From Nemertoderma westbladi (Eukaryota > Animalia > Xenacoelomorpha), in contig JAUCBJ010003878.1 of the NCBI GenBank assembly GCA_032718475.1, forward strand, positions 1 to 64,000: a stretch of DNA of 64,000 bases, given 5' to 3'. The notes under the pieces were generated by a model. The model had not been told where the DNA came from. It ran no database searches and saw only the letters and a list, made by a program, of their open reading frames with translations. How positions within the stretch are numbered: position 1 is the first letter of the stretch; each line of letters starts with the position of its first letter. Shown piece by piece: positions 25,832 through 39,208 of the stretch. Position numbers and translations under genes: made by a program.

Positions 25832-25951
25832 GTACAACCGATGACTACCGGTTGTTGGAACGGATGAATAGGGTGGTCGAGGAACGATACGGCGTCATGT
25901 TGAGTCTAACAGAAAGTGTGGCGGTTAATATGAAACAGTTAAACAACCAAT
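25832..25951 (+). CDS. BLOC1S2: BLOC1S2 coding exon 2
   Basis: TTCTCCAG acceptor; TTDDYRLLERMNRVVEERYGVMLSLTESVAVNMKQLNNQ, similar to EDYKLLENMN; GTGAGT donor at 25952. Confidence 0.92.
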
Positions 25952-26214
25952 GTGAGTTCATTATATTTTCGCATCCCTTTTTTTACAAATTTAAAGTTTA
26001 ACAGATAATACCGAAGTTTAACCGAAGTATACTTCGCCCTAGTTATGACCCTGCTTTTACACACACAACTTCCTGTACCAACGAATCACTACGTCGACAT
26101 GTTGATCTGATCTAGTGAATTTATCCCGTCACCCCCTTTCAAGTTCTTGAAAGATTTCATTTCTTGTTTACAAATAACAATATATGGGCATAAGGGTATA
26201 ATCTAACACAACGA

Positions 26215-26491
26215 CTCAACCGATTTTCGTTCTGTTTGCAGAATTACGTAAAGGAATATTCCACGCAAAAATTGTGTTGACAGAATTTTGAAATTTTATT
26301 TCCAAAAAAGGGTAATGGCATTTTTTGTGTAAAAAATCGCGAAATTTTGGATTTTTTTCGATTTTTGTGTACTTTTGAAACGAAAAATTCCATAACTTTT
26401 TTTGAAACAAAATTTCAAAATTCTGTCAACACAATTTTTGCGTGGAATATTCCTTTACATAATTCTGCAAGCAGAACGAAAATCGAATGAG
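26215..26491. repeat. Foldback (about 80-bp inverted arms), MITE-like, in BLOC1S2 intron 2
   Basis: CGATTTTCGTTCTGTTTGCAGAATTACGTAAAGGAATATTCCACGCAAAAATTGTGTTGACAGAATTTTGAAATTTT is mirrored at about 26409-26487 with few mismatches. Confidence 0.85.
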
Positions 26492-26794
26492 TAGTTAAAA
26501 AGTAGATAGATAGAGTGTCCCATAAAAGACAACGCGAGAAAAGTCACATTAAACATTTCCTCCTGATTACAACTGACCAAACATGCACCAAAAGTGAACA
26601 ATTTTTAAATTTTATCAAAATTATCTTATTTTGCTGTTTTGCCGAGCGAGGGCGAGTTTAATAAAGGGTCGAGATAATATTGAAAAAAAACGTGTTCGAT
26701 CAAAAAAATAACAATTTAAGAATAAAAACATTTTTGTCCTCTATTTTTGAGTAACAAACAAGCAGAATAATCTTATTTGTTTGTACTTTTTCAG

Positions 26795-26934
26795 ATACGG
26801 ATTTGGAGCCTTGGTTATCGGAAATCGACCAATTGGAGGTCAGCGTTGAACACTTGGAACAAGCGGCTTATAAAATTGATGCTTATAGTAAACAATTGGA
26901 TGCGAAATACAAACAGTTGTGCAGTAGACCATAA
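26795..26934 (+). CDS. BLOC1S2: BLOC1S2 coding exon 3 (protein about 166 aa)
   Basis: TTTTTCAG acceptor; YTDLEPWLSEIDQLEVSVEHLEQAAYKIDAYSKQLDAKYKQLCSRP*, similar to LEQAAYKLDAYSKKLEAKYK. Confidence 0.93.
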
Positions 26935-27087
26935 ATAGATAAAATTAAAATTAGTAATTTAATTACTTATTTATTTATTTATAATTATTTATCATACTTG
27001 TTTATCGAAGTATATAAGTTTTGTAATAATAAACATAAATTACATCATGCCTATTTATTATGGGGGGTCCAGCTAATTAATTACAAT

Positions 27088-27663
27088 CAGGGTAACCACT
27101 CTATTTCACTTTCAATTTCCTCTGACTTTTTCCTGACTTTTTGACTAAATTGCCTGACTGCGGGTACAATACATTTTATTATAGAATATATTATGACTTC
27201 TTTATCTTCTTCATTCGCTATATTATTCTACTGTACAATAAAAGTTATATAGATATAATAAACAAGTTCTCCAATATCAATCAATATATCAGCAAACTAC
27301 CAAACTTAGGAAGAAGCAGCATAGAATCTGCCTATATGGCACGTAACACTTTAAGGAATCAAATGTCAAAGATATATTGGTTGGACAAAGTTATAACATT
27401 TGAACCGCTAAACAGATTTCTGTCATTCAAGTATCGTTGGAAAGCTAATTTTTGCTCTTTAACATATAAATTGTAAAATTGTAGCACAAATGTAAATATA
27501 CACTTATATTATAATTATACAATTAATTTTTAGAAAGTAAATCCCAAGAAGCGAGCAGAGACAATATATGCGTTGACCTTTCCATTATTTGGCCATTTTT
27601 CACAAGATTTTCCTGACATTTGAAGAAAAAATGAATTTCTGACTATTCTGGCACTGGCAACCT
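27088..27663. mobile_element. Degenerate hAT-like MITE
   Basis: Starts CAGGGTAACCAC, has CCTGAC subterminal motifs, ends CTGGCAACCT; no TSD recognised. Confidence 0.35.
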
Positions 27664-28353
27664 TTTTTTTAATTAAAAAAAGTCAGCTTTCAGCTGATAA
27701 TAACCAAATCATATGTTATGTGGGGCGAGCCGCGCAGTCAGGGTGAGCCTTAGCGCACAATTATAATTAGTAAATAGGGTAAAATTTCATGTCCGTCTGT
27801 AATGAAAAATTGATTCGTAAATAACTTTTGTCCGTCCGTCTGTAATGAAAAATTCCTTCGTAAATAACTTTTGAAGATTTTAACCATTTTCAAACAAATT
27901 TTGTATCGGCATACTAGAGAAAAAGTTTCAATATTTTTCAAATTTACGGGCAAATACCTCTTGAACTTTTGACTCCAGGTCAAATCGAACTTGTTTCAAA
28001 CTTGCTCAAGTTCGCGTGCTGCGCGACGCCCCATGAACGTGTTATTGTGTACTTCTGAGACTAATAAAAGTGAATTTTATTGACCGGGGTGGAACATAAA
28101 ATTACATTCAGTATTAGCATTGGTCACTTGTCATTCAGTACCGGTACTGCATCTCCTCAACTACAGTATATAGTGATGCACAGTAGATCAATTGTTTCAC
28201 GCATTCTTAGAGCCAAATGTGAGGCATTGAACCGCGATCCTTTAAGCCTGTTTTGCTTGCACCCCGCCTGGTGTGGTTGTGGGGCGAGCCAGGAAGGTGG
28301 CGGAGCCTTAGAGAACTGAAACTGATAGGGGGTGGGTCAATAATGGCAAATAG

Positions 28354-29196
28354 TTGTCGTCTGCGTTCAAATTTTTACATGCTATAGTTAATTGGGCAAC
28401 CAAGGTGAGAGATTTATTGAACACCCTCGGTTACAGTAATGTGTGGTCCACCCAGAGTGAATTAATACAGTCCAGAACGCAGTTCCTTGCATCAGTAAAA
28501 GTTCGCATCAGAGATCAATTTAAACAGAGATGGAGACAGGATATTGTCGAATCACCAAAGGGAGTTTTTTACATTAAGGAAACCTTCAGGACATCTTCAT
28601 ATATTCAACTTCTGCATAATCATTTAAGTCTAAGACAGTCATTTGCGCGCTTCCGTTGTAGTTCCCACTATCTTGCAATCGAAACCGGTAGATGGTATAA
28701 CATTCCTCGGGATCAACGTCTTTGTATTGTTTGTGGCAACGGAGATGTGAAGGACGAGTACCATTTCCTTCTGGTATGCGAGAAATATAATTCTTTACGT
28801 TGTAATTATCTTGGTCGGTTCTTTTCTCGGTACCCGTCCATTTTCAAATTCAACAAATTGATGTGCGCGTTCGACAATAACATAGTTTTCGGAATAGCAT
28901 TGTATATATTCTATGCAATGAAGGCAAGGGGATCTGTACTAAGGGGCTCGGGTTTTGAAAACTATACATAACATATTTTTGCTTTGAAATGCGATTTCTT
29001 ATTATATTTATTTTTATTGTGTGCTCTTCAATATTGTTTATTTTCATTTTGGAATATATTGTATAGATAAGCTCTATATTGTTGATGTGCAGTATAATTT
29101 GTAAATAATTATCCATAACTGTGCTTGTGCTTGTAATCTATCAACAGGGGTCTTAAGTGCCCTAAGTTTGAATAATATACTAACTATTACTGCTAT
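28354..29196 (+). mobile_element. 3' fragment of a non-LTR retrotransposon (RTE-X-like C-terminal CCHC domain, 3' UTR and short TAC tail)
   Basis: RFRCSSHYLAIETGRWYNIPRDQRLCIVCGNGDVKDEYHFLLVC is a typical LINE ORF2 C-terminal zinc-finger region; followed by an AT-rich UTR and TACTAC repeats at about 29178-29196. Confidence 0.8.
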
Positions 29197-31259
29197 TAAC
29201 GATCGGGTTTAAAGCTGTAGAGTTGAAAATGTGTAGGTATCAACCCAAACGTTGAGATTTTTTAGGGACTTTTAGGCATCATTAGTTCCCTCTACCGCTA
29301 GAGGGTTCACGTTTCTTTGCTTTTAATCCTTTCAAGCTGAAACTTGTCCGATATGTACTAGAACACTTACTACTACTATTGATTGCAATGTAATTCAATT
29401 CATTCATTCATTCAATATTTTATATTGAATTGTAATTCAATGTAAGCTGATTGATTTCAATACTAAAACTGATTGAATGCATATAAACTAATTGATTTCA
29501 ATAGCAAAACTGATTGAATGCGTATACTGGTTGATAGTATAAATATTGGATTTTGGGCCATTTGTGATGCCATAGGGGTAGCTTTGTATCTTTATTATTT
29601 TATCGAATTGGGATGCAGCAGTTAAAAAATGTTAAGATTATTATTATACATATGTACAGTAATACATTTGGTTCCATTAGGTATCCATACGGTAATTAAA
29701 AATTGAGTGACACCTAAAGGAACAAGCAGCAAACAATGTCAGCCAAAACAATTAACTAGAGTGCATAGGTGACACTTTTATATTAGTTCACATTTCGCAA
29801 TACCGTACCAGACGACGTGGATGTCGGTTGTCGCTTGTCGGCATAGCGTAGAGGAGTTAGTAGATCTTGCTGACTAACGTGAATGGAGACGCATTCATTA
29901 TGGCATTAAAAGAGCACTGAATAATGGGAGTAATTAAATATACTTTCAGTATCCATCGAAATGCCTGGGTGTGGTCTGGTAATTCTGCCTCACCGTATAA
30001 CGAAAGTATTTTAATGTATCCAGTCAGCGAGTACTAAACTCTCGCTTACAGGAGTTAGCAGGTTGATGACCCTTACTCAGCTACTGCCTACGGAAACGAG
30101 AATTGTCTCATAAGCTATCCTCGACATTCTTATCTAGCTAGACTATCTTAAATTTGACTCCCATTTCCATCGACCCAACCTAAACTGATTTTAAACCTTC
30201 ATAATAAGATAATACCGGTAATACAGTAATAATAAAACAAGGCTTAGTCTTTCTTTTCTGCTACTGCAGTACCGGCAGACTGGTAACTAACTGAGACTGA
30301 CTGAGTTGAGTACTGGAGTACAGGTAGCCAGGTAGCGGTCAGGCGGTAGGTAACAGGGTAAAGTACTGCAGTACTGTTGTACTCTGGTACTACTGGCAGA
30401 TTGGCTGACTGGTAAGTGGTACTGGCTGACTGGTCTGCTGGCTGCTGGGCTGGCTGGCAGGCTCAGGCTGGTAACCCCAACCAAAATAGGAAAGCGAATA
30501 TTCGTTGGTTTGGTGCCATTGGTGATTGGAATTTGGAGGTGGAGATAGAGCACATTGCAGCATTGTGACATTAGCTGATTATAGGCCTACAGCATTAGCA
30601 GTGCTGCAGTGCATTGCATTGGCAGATTGCAGCAGCAGGCATACACGCGCAGACGTGCCGGCGTCAGGAGACTACTGCCCTATAATTGGAATTTTGTCCG
30701 GATTGAGTGCTAAAAATTGAAAATGTCATTACAAAAAAAGTGTGTCGGCGAATGGGATTTGAACTCGGTACCTACTTGTGTACTTACTCTGTTACTGTCT
30801 TATACAGCTGTACAGTCTGACAGTTATTGTATCCTATTAGCCTATAGTCCTACACTATACTGCTATACCGGCACCGCAGATACCGTCAACCGTCTGACCG
30901 TATACCGTACTGCCGTAGGCCTAATACATAGCCTAATACATCATACTATCAGATTCATTATATTTAATTTCTTACTGTACAGTCAGACAGTTGACTGTGT
31001 GATGTTGCTTCTACCGTAGTAATTTGCAATTTGTGCCGAATAGGCCTATTCGTCAACTCAAATTTTAAAATTCGGCCGAAACCGAATATGCCATATTCGA
31101 CAAAATTACAGAATTAGGTTCTGTTACCGAACTGCCGAACCGAATAATTCGGTCGATCCCTTTGGCAGGTACAGCATCGCGCAGACCTCGTGCAACTGTG
31201 CAAGCATACCGATATCTCACTGCTGCACTGTGCAGCTGTGCACTGGAATGGAATCGGTC

Positions 31260-31480
31260 GACTTCAGATCAGAAACATGCTCACACTCGCAGAAGCCAAC
31301 ATCCGCGGCCATTCGTTTAAGCTAATCAAACCGCGCGCTCCTCTCCTCCAACGCAACGCAACAATCCATTTCTGGGTCGTTGACCCCTCTGAACGGAACG
31401 CCTTATCCGAATCTGTAGTAACCGCACACTTAACGCTTTCAAATCGAGATTCAATAACCACTACAAAAACTTGCCGCTCA
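31260..31480 (+). mobile_element. Degenerate CR1-type LINE 3' end
   Basis: NIRGHSFKLIKPRA...NALSESVVTA resembles the CR1 ORF2 C-terminal motif TRGHxxKL...WNxLPxxVV. Confidence 0.65.
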
Positions 31481-33424
31481 AATTTACCCCCTCCTACCCT
31501 CCTGGTGGTCCGAATAACGAGACTTACAGTCAATCCCCCCCCCCCCCCCCCCCCCCCGTCTCCACAAACTCACATTAGTTATATTTAATTGTTTTCTTTT
31601 TTTAGTCAGTTAGTCGCACATCGATATTTATTTTTATCTTATTTCAGTATTTTACTTATCTACTTATTTTTCACTTTATCTACTTATTTTTATGGAACTA
31701 TTTTATCTTACAGTCTTATTTTACTTATCTAGGCCTAACTATATTTCATCGTATCAATTATACAGTACTGCAGTAATCAGGTAATTTCTACCAATCGTTC
31801 GTATTTTTAAATAGACCCAAACCAAATGGTGCAACTATCTCTGCAACTATCTATATTACTTGTGATTTTATTTCTCAAATAATCCCATTCATATGCTATA
31901 TTTTATTTTAATTAAATCCATCAGTTCTACATACCAAACTGTTTGATACAACGATTTTATCGAATTTTTAATATTATTTTATATTTTATTTGAACCCTTA
32001 TTTTCTCACCGTGTAGTGTAAGCTAATCCATGTAAATTCATGTGTTCAAATGTTTTGACCTATTTTACAAACCGTACTGTTTTTTAGCCTTGGATTTATC
32101 TGATATTTTAAATTAATTTTATATTTTATTTTAACCCTTAAACTGTGTAATTATTTTCCCTACGTGTACAGGTGTAGTGCAGTAGTGTAAACTATTCCAT
32201 GTAAATTTATGTGTTCAAATGTCTTGATCTATTTTACATACCGTACTGTTTTTATACGCCATGATTCTACAGTTCTATCTAATATATTACAAAATTTTAT
32301 CAGTTTCATGATTTTACTAAACGTTTGCTACATGTACAGCCTACTGTACAGTGTACATACATACATACCGGTAATACATATTATTTACTTTCAGTTCTGC
32401 AGTTTGACCTTTCCAGTAATTGGTGTTTCTATCGATTTGTTTTGTACGGGTGCCATAAGTATTTAGCTTTCTTTACCCTCAACTATTAAACATAATATTT
32501 GAAACATTACCAGTAGTTTAAAAAGGCTTAGCATAATGTAGGCCTACCACGGACCACACAGGTATTTAACTCGATTGACTGTTTAATTCAAATTTGGGGC
32601 AGATTGAATAAGAAGGAAAGTCGGTAGCTATTAAATGTCTGCCACTGCCGGTAGCTATCAGTGTTGCAAATTCAGCAATAGCAACACACGAATTAGGCTG
32701 CGATTATATTTCCGGACATATTTTGGCTGTAACTCCACTAGCTGACAGGCTGACTAGTCCTCAAAGCAGAACCAGGACACATTTTGACTATAATTCACGT
32801 TTTTGGACATAATGTGACGTTTTATATTTTTAATATTAACAGATTAATGATAGTTATCCCGACGATGTGATGGGAGATTCTAATTCTCAAATTAATTTAT
32901 ACAGAATTTCTGAATTTTATGGCGATTCTAATAATTTTAAGGCTTAATTTTTAGAATGCCAATGTTGAAATTTTCTCTGCCGGTTTTCCAATGAAATTTA
33001 GCATTGTTTTCTTAAACTTAAGAATTTATTTATCTGCTTAAATTATTTTTAAGTAAACCCGGCATTTTAAAGCCGGGGCCGGGTCTGAAAAATCAACCGT
33101 TTCCTACACAGGATACCCTGCTGCGGCTGCCCTGGTCATGTCATGCCATACTCACCAAGCTCTCTAAGCAGTACATCAGTACGCCTACTGACAGACTGGT
33201 GGCTGGGTGGTAATGTTGTGAAGACTGGCGAAACTTGACTCCCTGTTTTATCTTTCTGTTTTATTATATTTTAACTTCCTGTACGTATCCTTACCGTACG
33301 TTGGGGACCGTCCCTTAAAACACTTATATATGTATTTATAATTTATATATATACCGCTTATTTTATAATGCTTTAAAAAATTAAAATTTTTTTCATTAAC
33401 ATTTTTTCTACCGACTGTCTGACG

Positions 33425-33700
33425 ATACTTTACCTCAATTAGTAAAGTGATTGATCGTTTATTGTTTTGGTTAGAAAACCCCGCCTCTGTTACCTGCTCC
33501 TTTCCCTCAATTAGTAAAGTGACTGTGTATTGTCTTGGCAGCTTGGGGTTTGGTAAAGTGATCGTTTATTGTTTTGGTTAGAAAAGCCCGCCTCTCAGCC
33601 TCTGCAGCCTGCTCCTTTCCCACAATTGTTAAAGTGGCCGTTTATTGTTTTGGTTAGAATAGCCTGCCTATCTGCCTATGTAATCTGCTCCTTTCCCTGA
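33425..33700. repeat. Degenerate tandem repeat (3-4 units) upstream of the PP2A-A gene
   Basis: Recurring AAAGTGA..CGTTTATTGTTTTGGTTAGAA..CCGCCTCT..CCTGCTCCTTTCCC. Confidence 0.7.
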
Positions 33701-34480
33701 AAAAATGGTGAAATTAATTTGCTGCACTGCACATGAAATTAATTTGAATTGTTTAATACTCGTACCGGCAGACCGGTATTTCTATTATTATACTCAGATT
33801 ATGATGTTATGTATAATAAAAATATTGATTGAGAAACCATGTTTATCTAAAATCTTTATAATTTTTGGGAAAATTTTTCCCGTCTTTTTTCCCGCTATTT
33901 CCCCGAGGAGACCGGGAAATTTGTGAAAAATATCAGAGTCTTTTCATATATAGACATTGTAGAAATGAAATATGAGAAAAATTTTCTAAGTGTTTCCCAC
34001 CAGACAAGTGTTTTAGACACATGTGTTTTTTGCGTTTCGGTGCCCCCCAAACCGGAAATTCCCTCCTGTTTTATGATATATTTGAACATATTAATAGAAC
34101 AAGTTGCTCCAAAGGTATCAAAAAAGCGCATCCCCACCCGATATTACCGGTATGAGCTTAAAAATACCTCAAATTTAACCAAAAAACAAAAATTTTCGAC
34201 AGTCTATTACCGGTACCAGAATTTGAAATTTGGGGTAGGCCTAACCCCAAACTGCCAAAATTGATGATCTCCCTGACTGTTTATTTCGGTTTAAAGTTTA
34301 AACTTAGTTTCGTTCTTACGTCAGTACCGGTACGTAATTAGTTATTGTGTTTGTGTTTTGTAACCATCTCTTTCATAATTACATATACCATACTTTCTCT
34401 GATTTTAATAATAAACCGACTAGATTCATTATAACTGTTTATCAACAATAATATAATCATAATATATAAGTAATATTAAT

Positions 34481-35985
34481 ATGGCAGCTGCGGACACGAA
34501 CGATGAATCTCTCTACCCTATCGCAGTTCTTATCGACGAGTTGCGTAACGAAGACGTACAACTACGACTCAACAGCATCAAGAAGTTGTCGACGATCGGG
34601 TTGGCCTTGGGGGTTGAGCGGACCCGCAGCGAGTTGATACCCTTCCTCACCGACACCATCTATGACGAGGACGAGGTTCTACTCGCTTTGGCCGAGCAGT
34701 TGGGGGCCTTCACCTCGCTGTGCGGCGGTCCCGATTTCGTCCACTGTCTGCTCCCTCCGCTCGAGAGTCTCGCCACCGTGGAGGAGACGGTAGTTCGCGA
34801 CAAGGCGGTCGACTCGCTCCGACTTATATCCTCGGAGCACTCGGCCGCCGATCTAGAGACCTACTTTGTCCCGATGGTTAAACGCCTCTCGGTAGGCGAC
34901 TGGTTCACCTCCCGGACCTCGGCGTGCGGGCTGTTCGCTGTCTGCTATCCGAGGGCCTCCACAGCTCTCAAACAGGAGTTGCGCGCACAGTTCAATAACC
35001 TCTGTCAGGACGACACGCCCATGGTTAGACGGGCGGCGGCTGCGAAGTTAGGCGAGTTTGCCAAAGCCGTCGATAAGGAGTGTCTAAAGAACGACGTACT
35101 CCCTATGTTCCAACGTCTAGCCGCAGACGAGCAGGACTCTGTGCGACTTCTAGCGGTGGAAGCGGGTATCGTAATCGCGGAGTTACTCAGCGCGATGAGT
35201 CCCGCCGATGTGGAGACGCACATGATGCCGACTATTAAAGCCGCGACGGAAGATAAATCGTGGCGGGTTCGTTACGTCATCGCGGATCGGTTCACGGAGT
35301 TGCAACGCAGCGTCGGCCCCGAACTGACCCGTCGGGATCTCGTACACCACTACCAGAACCTCCTGAAGGATTGCGAGGCCGAGGTTCGAGCCGCTTCGGC
35401 TGCTAAACTCCGGGATTTCGCGGTCGCCTTACCGCCTGAGTCGCAAAGTGAGGTGATAATGAACTCGTTGCTTCCGGCCGTGAAGGATTTAGTTCAGGAC
35501 GCTAACCAGTACGTTAAGACCGCACTCGCGTCAGTGATTATGGGTCTCAGTCCCGTTATGGGTAAAGAAAATACAATGGAGCATCTTCTACCGCTGTTCC
35601 TCGTCCAACTCAAGGACGATTGCCCCGAAGTTCGTCTCAACATCATCTCGAACCTCGAGGCGGTTAACAACGTCATCGGGGTCTCTCAACTCAGGGAGTC
35701 CTTGCTCCCCGCCATCATGGAGTTGGCCGAGGACGGGAAATGGCGCGTTCGCCTCGCAATCATCGAGTACATCCCGCTGCTGGCTGGGCAGCTCGGTCAC
35801 GAGTTCTTCGACGAGAAGCTCAACACGTTGTGTATGACGTGGTTGGGGGACAACGTGTTCGCCATCAGGGAAGCCGCAACTCTCAATCTGAGGAAGTTGG
35901 TTGATTTATTCGGCGTCGATTGGGCGAGACAGACGGTTATCCCGAAAGTTATACAGATGTCGCGGGCACAGAACTATCTACATAG
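34481..35985 (+). CDS. PPP2R1A: PP2A 65-kDa scaffold subunit A (HEAT repeats), coding exon 1
   Basis: [39 protein letters not shown]...[10 protein letters not shown]...DKSWRVRY...NYLHR, highly similar to PP2A-A; AG|GTGAGT donor at 35986 (phase 2). Confidence 0.97.
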
Positions 35986-38870
35986 GTGAGTGACACTGAA
36001 GGGAAGGTCGTATATACATGTTGGGGAGACTGATGAGAAGGTCGTACAGGTGGGTGACACTGAATGGTAGGTCGTAAAGGTGAGTGACACTGAAGGGAAG
36101 GTCGTATAGGTGAGTGACACCCAATGGAAGGTCGTATAGGTGAGTGACACTGAAGGGAAGGTCGTATAGGTGAATGACACTGAAGGGAAGGTCGTACAGG
36201 TGAGTGACACTGTACTGAAGGGAATGTCGTATAGGTGAGTGACACTGAAGGGAAGGTCGTATAGGTGAGTGATACTGAAGGGAAGGTCGTATAGGTGTGT
36301 GACACTGAAGGGAAGGTCGTATAGGTGAGTGACACTGAATGGTAGGTCGTATAGGTGAGTTACACTGAAGGGAAGGTCGTATAGGTGTGTGACACTGAAG
36401 GGAAGGTCGTATAGGTGAGTGACACTGAACTGAAGGGAAGGTCGTACAGGTGAGTGACACTGAACTAAAGGGAAGGTTGTATAGGTGAGTGACACTGAAG
36501 GGAAGGTCGTATAGGTGAGTGACACTGAAGGGAAGGTCGTATAGGTGAGTGACACTGAAGGGAAGGTCGTATATTGGTGAGTGACACTGAACTGAAGGGA
36601 AGGTCGTACAGGTGAGTGACACTGAACTAAAGGGAAGGTTGTATAGGTGAGTGACACTGAAGGGAAGGTCGTATAGGTGTGTGACACTGAAGGGAAGGTC
36701 GTATAGGTGAGTGACACTGAAGGGAAGGTCGTATATAGGTGAGTGACACTGAACTGAAGGGAAGGTCGTATAGGTGAGTGACACTGAATGGAAGGTCGTA
36801 TAGGTGAGTGACACTGAAGGGAAGGTCGTATAGGTGAGTGACACTGAATGGAAGGTCGTATAGGTGAGTGACACTGAATGGAAGGTCATACAGGTGTGTG
36901 ACACTGAGGTCGTATATAGGTGAGTGACACTGAAGGGAAGGTCGTATAGGTGAGTGACACTGAAGGGAAGGTCGTACAGGTGTGTGCCACTGAATGGAAG
37001 GTCGTACAGGTTTATGACACTGAAGGGAAGGTCGTACAGGTGTGTGACACTGAAGGGAATGTCGTATAGGTGAGTGACACTGAAGGGAAGGTCGTATATA
37101 AGTGAGTGACACTGAACTGAAGGGAAGGTCGTATAGGTGAGTGACACTGAATGGAAGGTCGTATAGGTGAGTGACACTGAAGGGAAGGTCGTATAGGTGA
37201 GTGACACTGAACTGAAGGGAAGGTCGTATAGGTGAGTGACACTGAATGGAAGGTCGTACAGGTGTGTGACACTGAATGGAAGGTCGTACAGGTGTGTGAC
37301 ACTGAAGGGAAGGTCGTATAGGTGAGTGACACTGAACTGAAGCGAAGGTCGTATATGTTAGTGACACTGAATGGAAGGTCGTACAGGTGTATGACACTGA
37401 AGGGAAGGTCGTTCAGGTGTGTGACACTGAATGGAAGGTCGTACAGGTGTGTGACACTGAAGGGAAGGTCGTATAGGTGAGTGACACTGAACTGAAAGGA
37501 AGGTCGTATATGTTTGTGACACTGAATGGAAGGTCGTACAGGTGTGTGACACTGAATGGAAGGTCGTATAGGTGAGTGACACTGAAGGGAAGGTCGTATA
37601 GGTGAGTGACACTGAACTGAAGGGAAGGTCGTACAGGTGTGTGACACTGAGGGGAAGGTCGTATAGGTGAGTGACACTGAACTGAAGGGAAGGTCGTATA
37701 TGTTAGTGACACTGAATGGATGGTCGTATAGGTGAGTGACACTGAAGGGAAGGTCGTATAGGTGTGTGACACTGAAGGGAAGGTCGTTCAGGTGGGTGAC
37801 ACTGAAGGGAAGGTCGTATAGGTGAGTGACACTGAAGGAAAGGTCGTATAGGTGAGTGACACTGAACTGAAGGGAAGGTCGTACAGGTGTGTGACACTGA
37901 AGGGAAGGTCGTATAGGTGAGTGACACTGAAGGGAAGGTCGTATAGGTGAGTGACACTGAAGGGAAGGTCGTATAGGTGAGTGACACTGAACTGAAGGGA
38001 AGGTCGTACAGGTGTGTGACACTGAAGGGAAGGTCGTATAGGTGAGTGACACTGAACTGAAGGGAAGGTCGTACACGTGTGTGACGCTGAAGGGAAGGTC
38101 GTATATGTGAGTGACACTGAAGGGAAGGTCGTATAGGTGATTGACACTGAAGGGAAGGTCGTATAGGTGAGTGACACTGAATGGAAGGTCGTATAGGTGA
38201 GTGACACTGAAGGGAAGGTCATATAGGTGAGTGACACTGAAGGGAAGGTCGTATAGGTGAGTGACACTGAAGGGAAGGTCGTATAGGTGAGTGACACTGA
38301 AGGGAAGGTCGTATAGGTGAGTGACACTGAAGGGAAGGTCGTATAGGTGAGTGACACTGAAGGGAAGGTCATATAGGTGAGTGACACTGAAGGGAAGGTC
38401 GTATAGGTGAGTGACACTGAAGGGAAGGTCGTATAGGTGAGTGACACTGAAGGGAAGGTCGTATAGGTGAGTGACACTGAAGGGAAGGTCGTATAGGTGA
38501 GTGACACTGAAGGGAAGGTCATATAGGTGAGTGACACTGAAGGGAAGGTCGTATAGGTGAGTGACACTGAAGGGAAGGTCGTATAGGTGAGTGACACTGA
38601 AGGGAAGGTCGTATAGGTGAGTGATACTGAAGGGAAGGTCGTATAGGTGTGTGACACTGAAGGGAAGGTCGTACAGGTGAGTGACACTGAAGTGAAGGTC
38701 ATATAGGTGAGTGACACTGAAGGGAAGGTCGTATAGGTGAGTGACACTGAAGGGAAGGTCGTATAGGTGAGTGACACTGAATGGAAGGTCGTACAGGTGT
38801 GTGACACTGAATGGAAGGTCGTACAGATGTGTGACACTGAAGGGAAGGTCGTACAGGTGAGTGACAATGA
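35982..38870. repeat. About 2.9-kb intronic minisatellite; 30-bp unit ATAGGTGAGTGACACTGAAGGGAAGGTCGT, with a 35-bp variant carrying an extra CTGAA
   Basis: Roughly 90-95 units; the first unit overlaps the exon/intron junction of the PP2A-A gene. Confidence 0.98.
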
Positions 38871-38937
38871 AGGAAAGATAACATTGTAACTAGAGTAACA
38901 TTTAAATTTCTTAAAACTGTATTTTTGTATTTCCTAG

Positions 38938-39208
38938 AATGACGGCGCTGTTTGCTATTAACGTGTTAGCGGCTGCGATTGGTTGCGAATGCCTCCAGCA
39001 GACCTTAGTTCCCACAGTCCTCGGCATGGCGCGAGACGACGTAGCCAATGTCCGCTTCAACGTCGCCAAGACCTTCAGACACATCTGCCCCATCGTGGAT
39101 CGCGCCACAGTCAACGAGAAAATAAAGCCGACCCTCGACAAAATGCAGCAGGACTCGGACACGGACGTTCGATTCTTCGCTACAGAAGCTATTACCGCAC
39201 TCGGTTAA
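38938..39208 (+). CDS. PPP2R1A: PP2A-A coding exon 2 (full protein about 591 aa)
   Basis: TTTCCTAG acceptor; (R)MTALFAINVL...DDVANVRFNVAK...DTDVRFFATEAITALG*; splicing restores the conserved NYLHRMT. Confidence 0.96.

Noticed and set aside
35949-38884. Minus-strand ORFs SLTYTTFPSV and HLYDLPFSVT
   Set aside because: Minisatellite translations within the PP2A-A intron.
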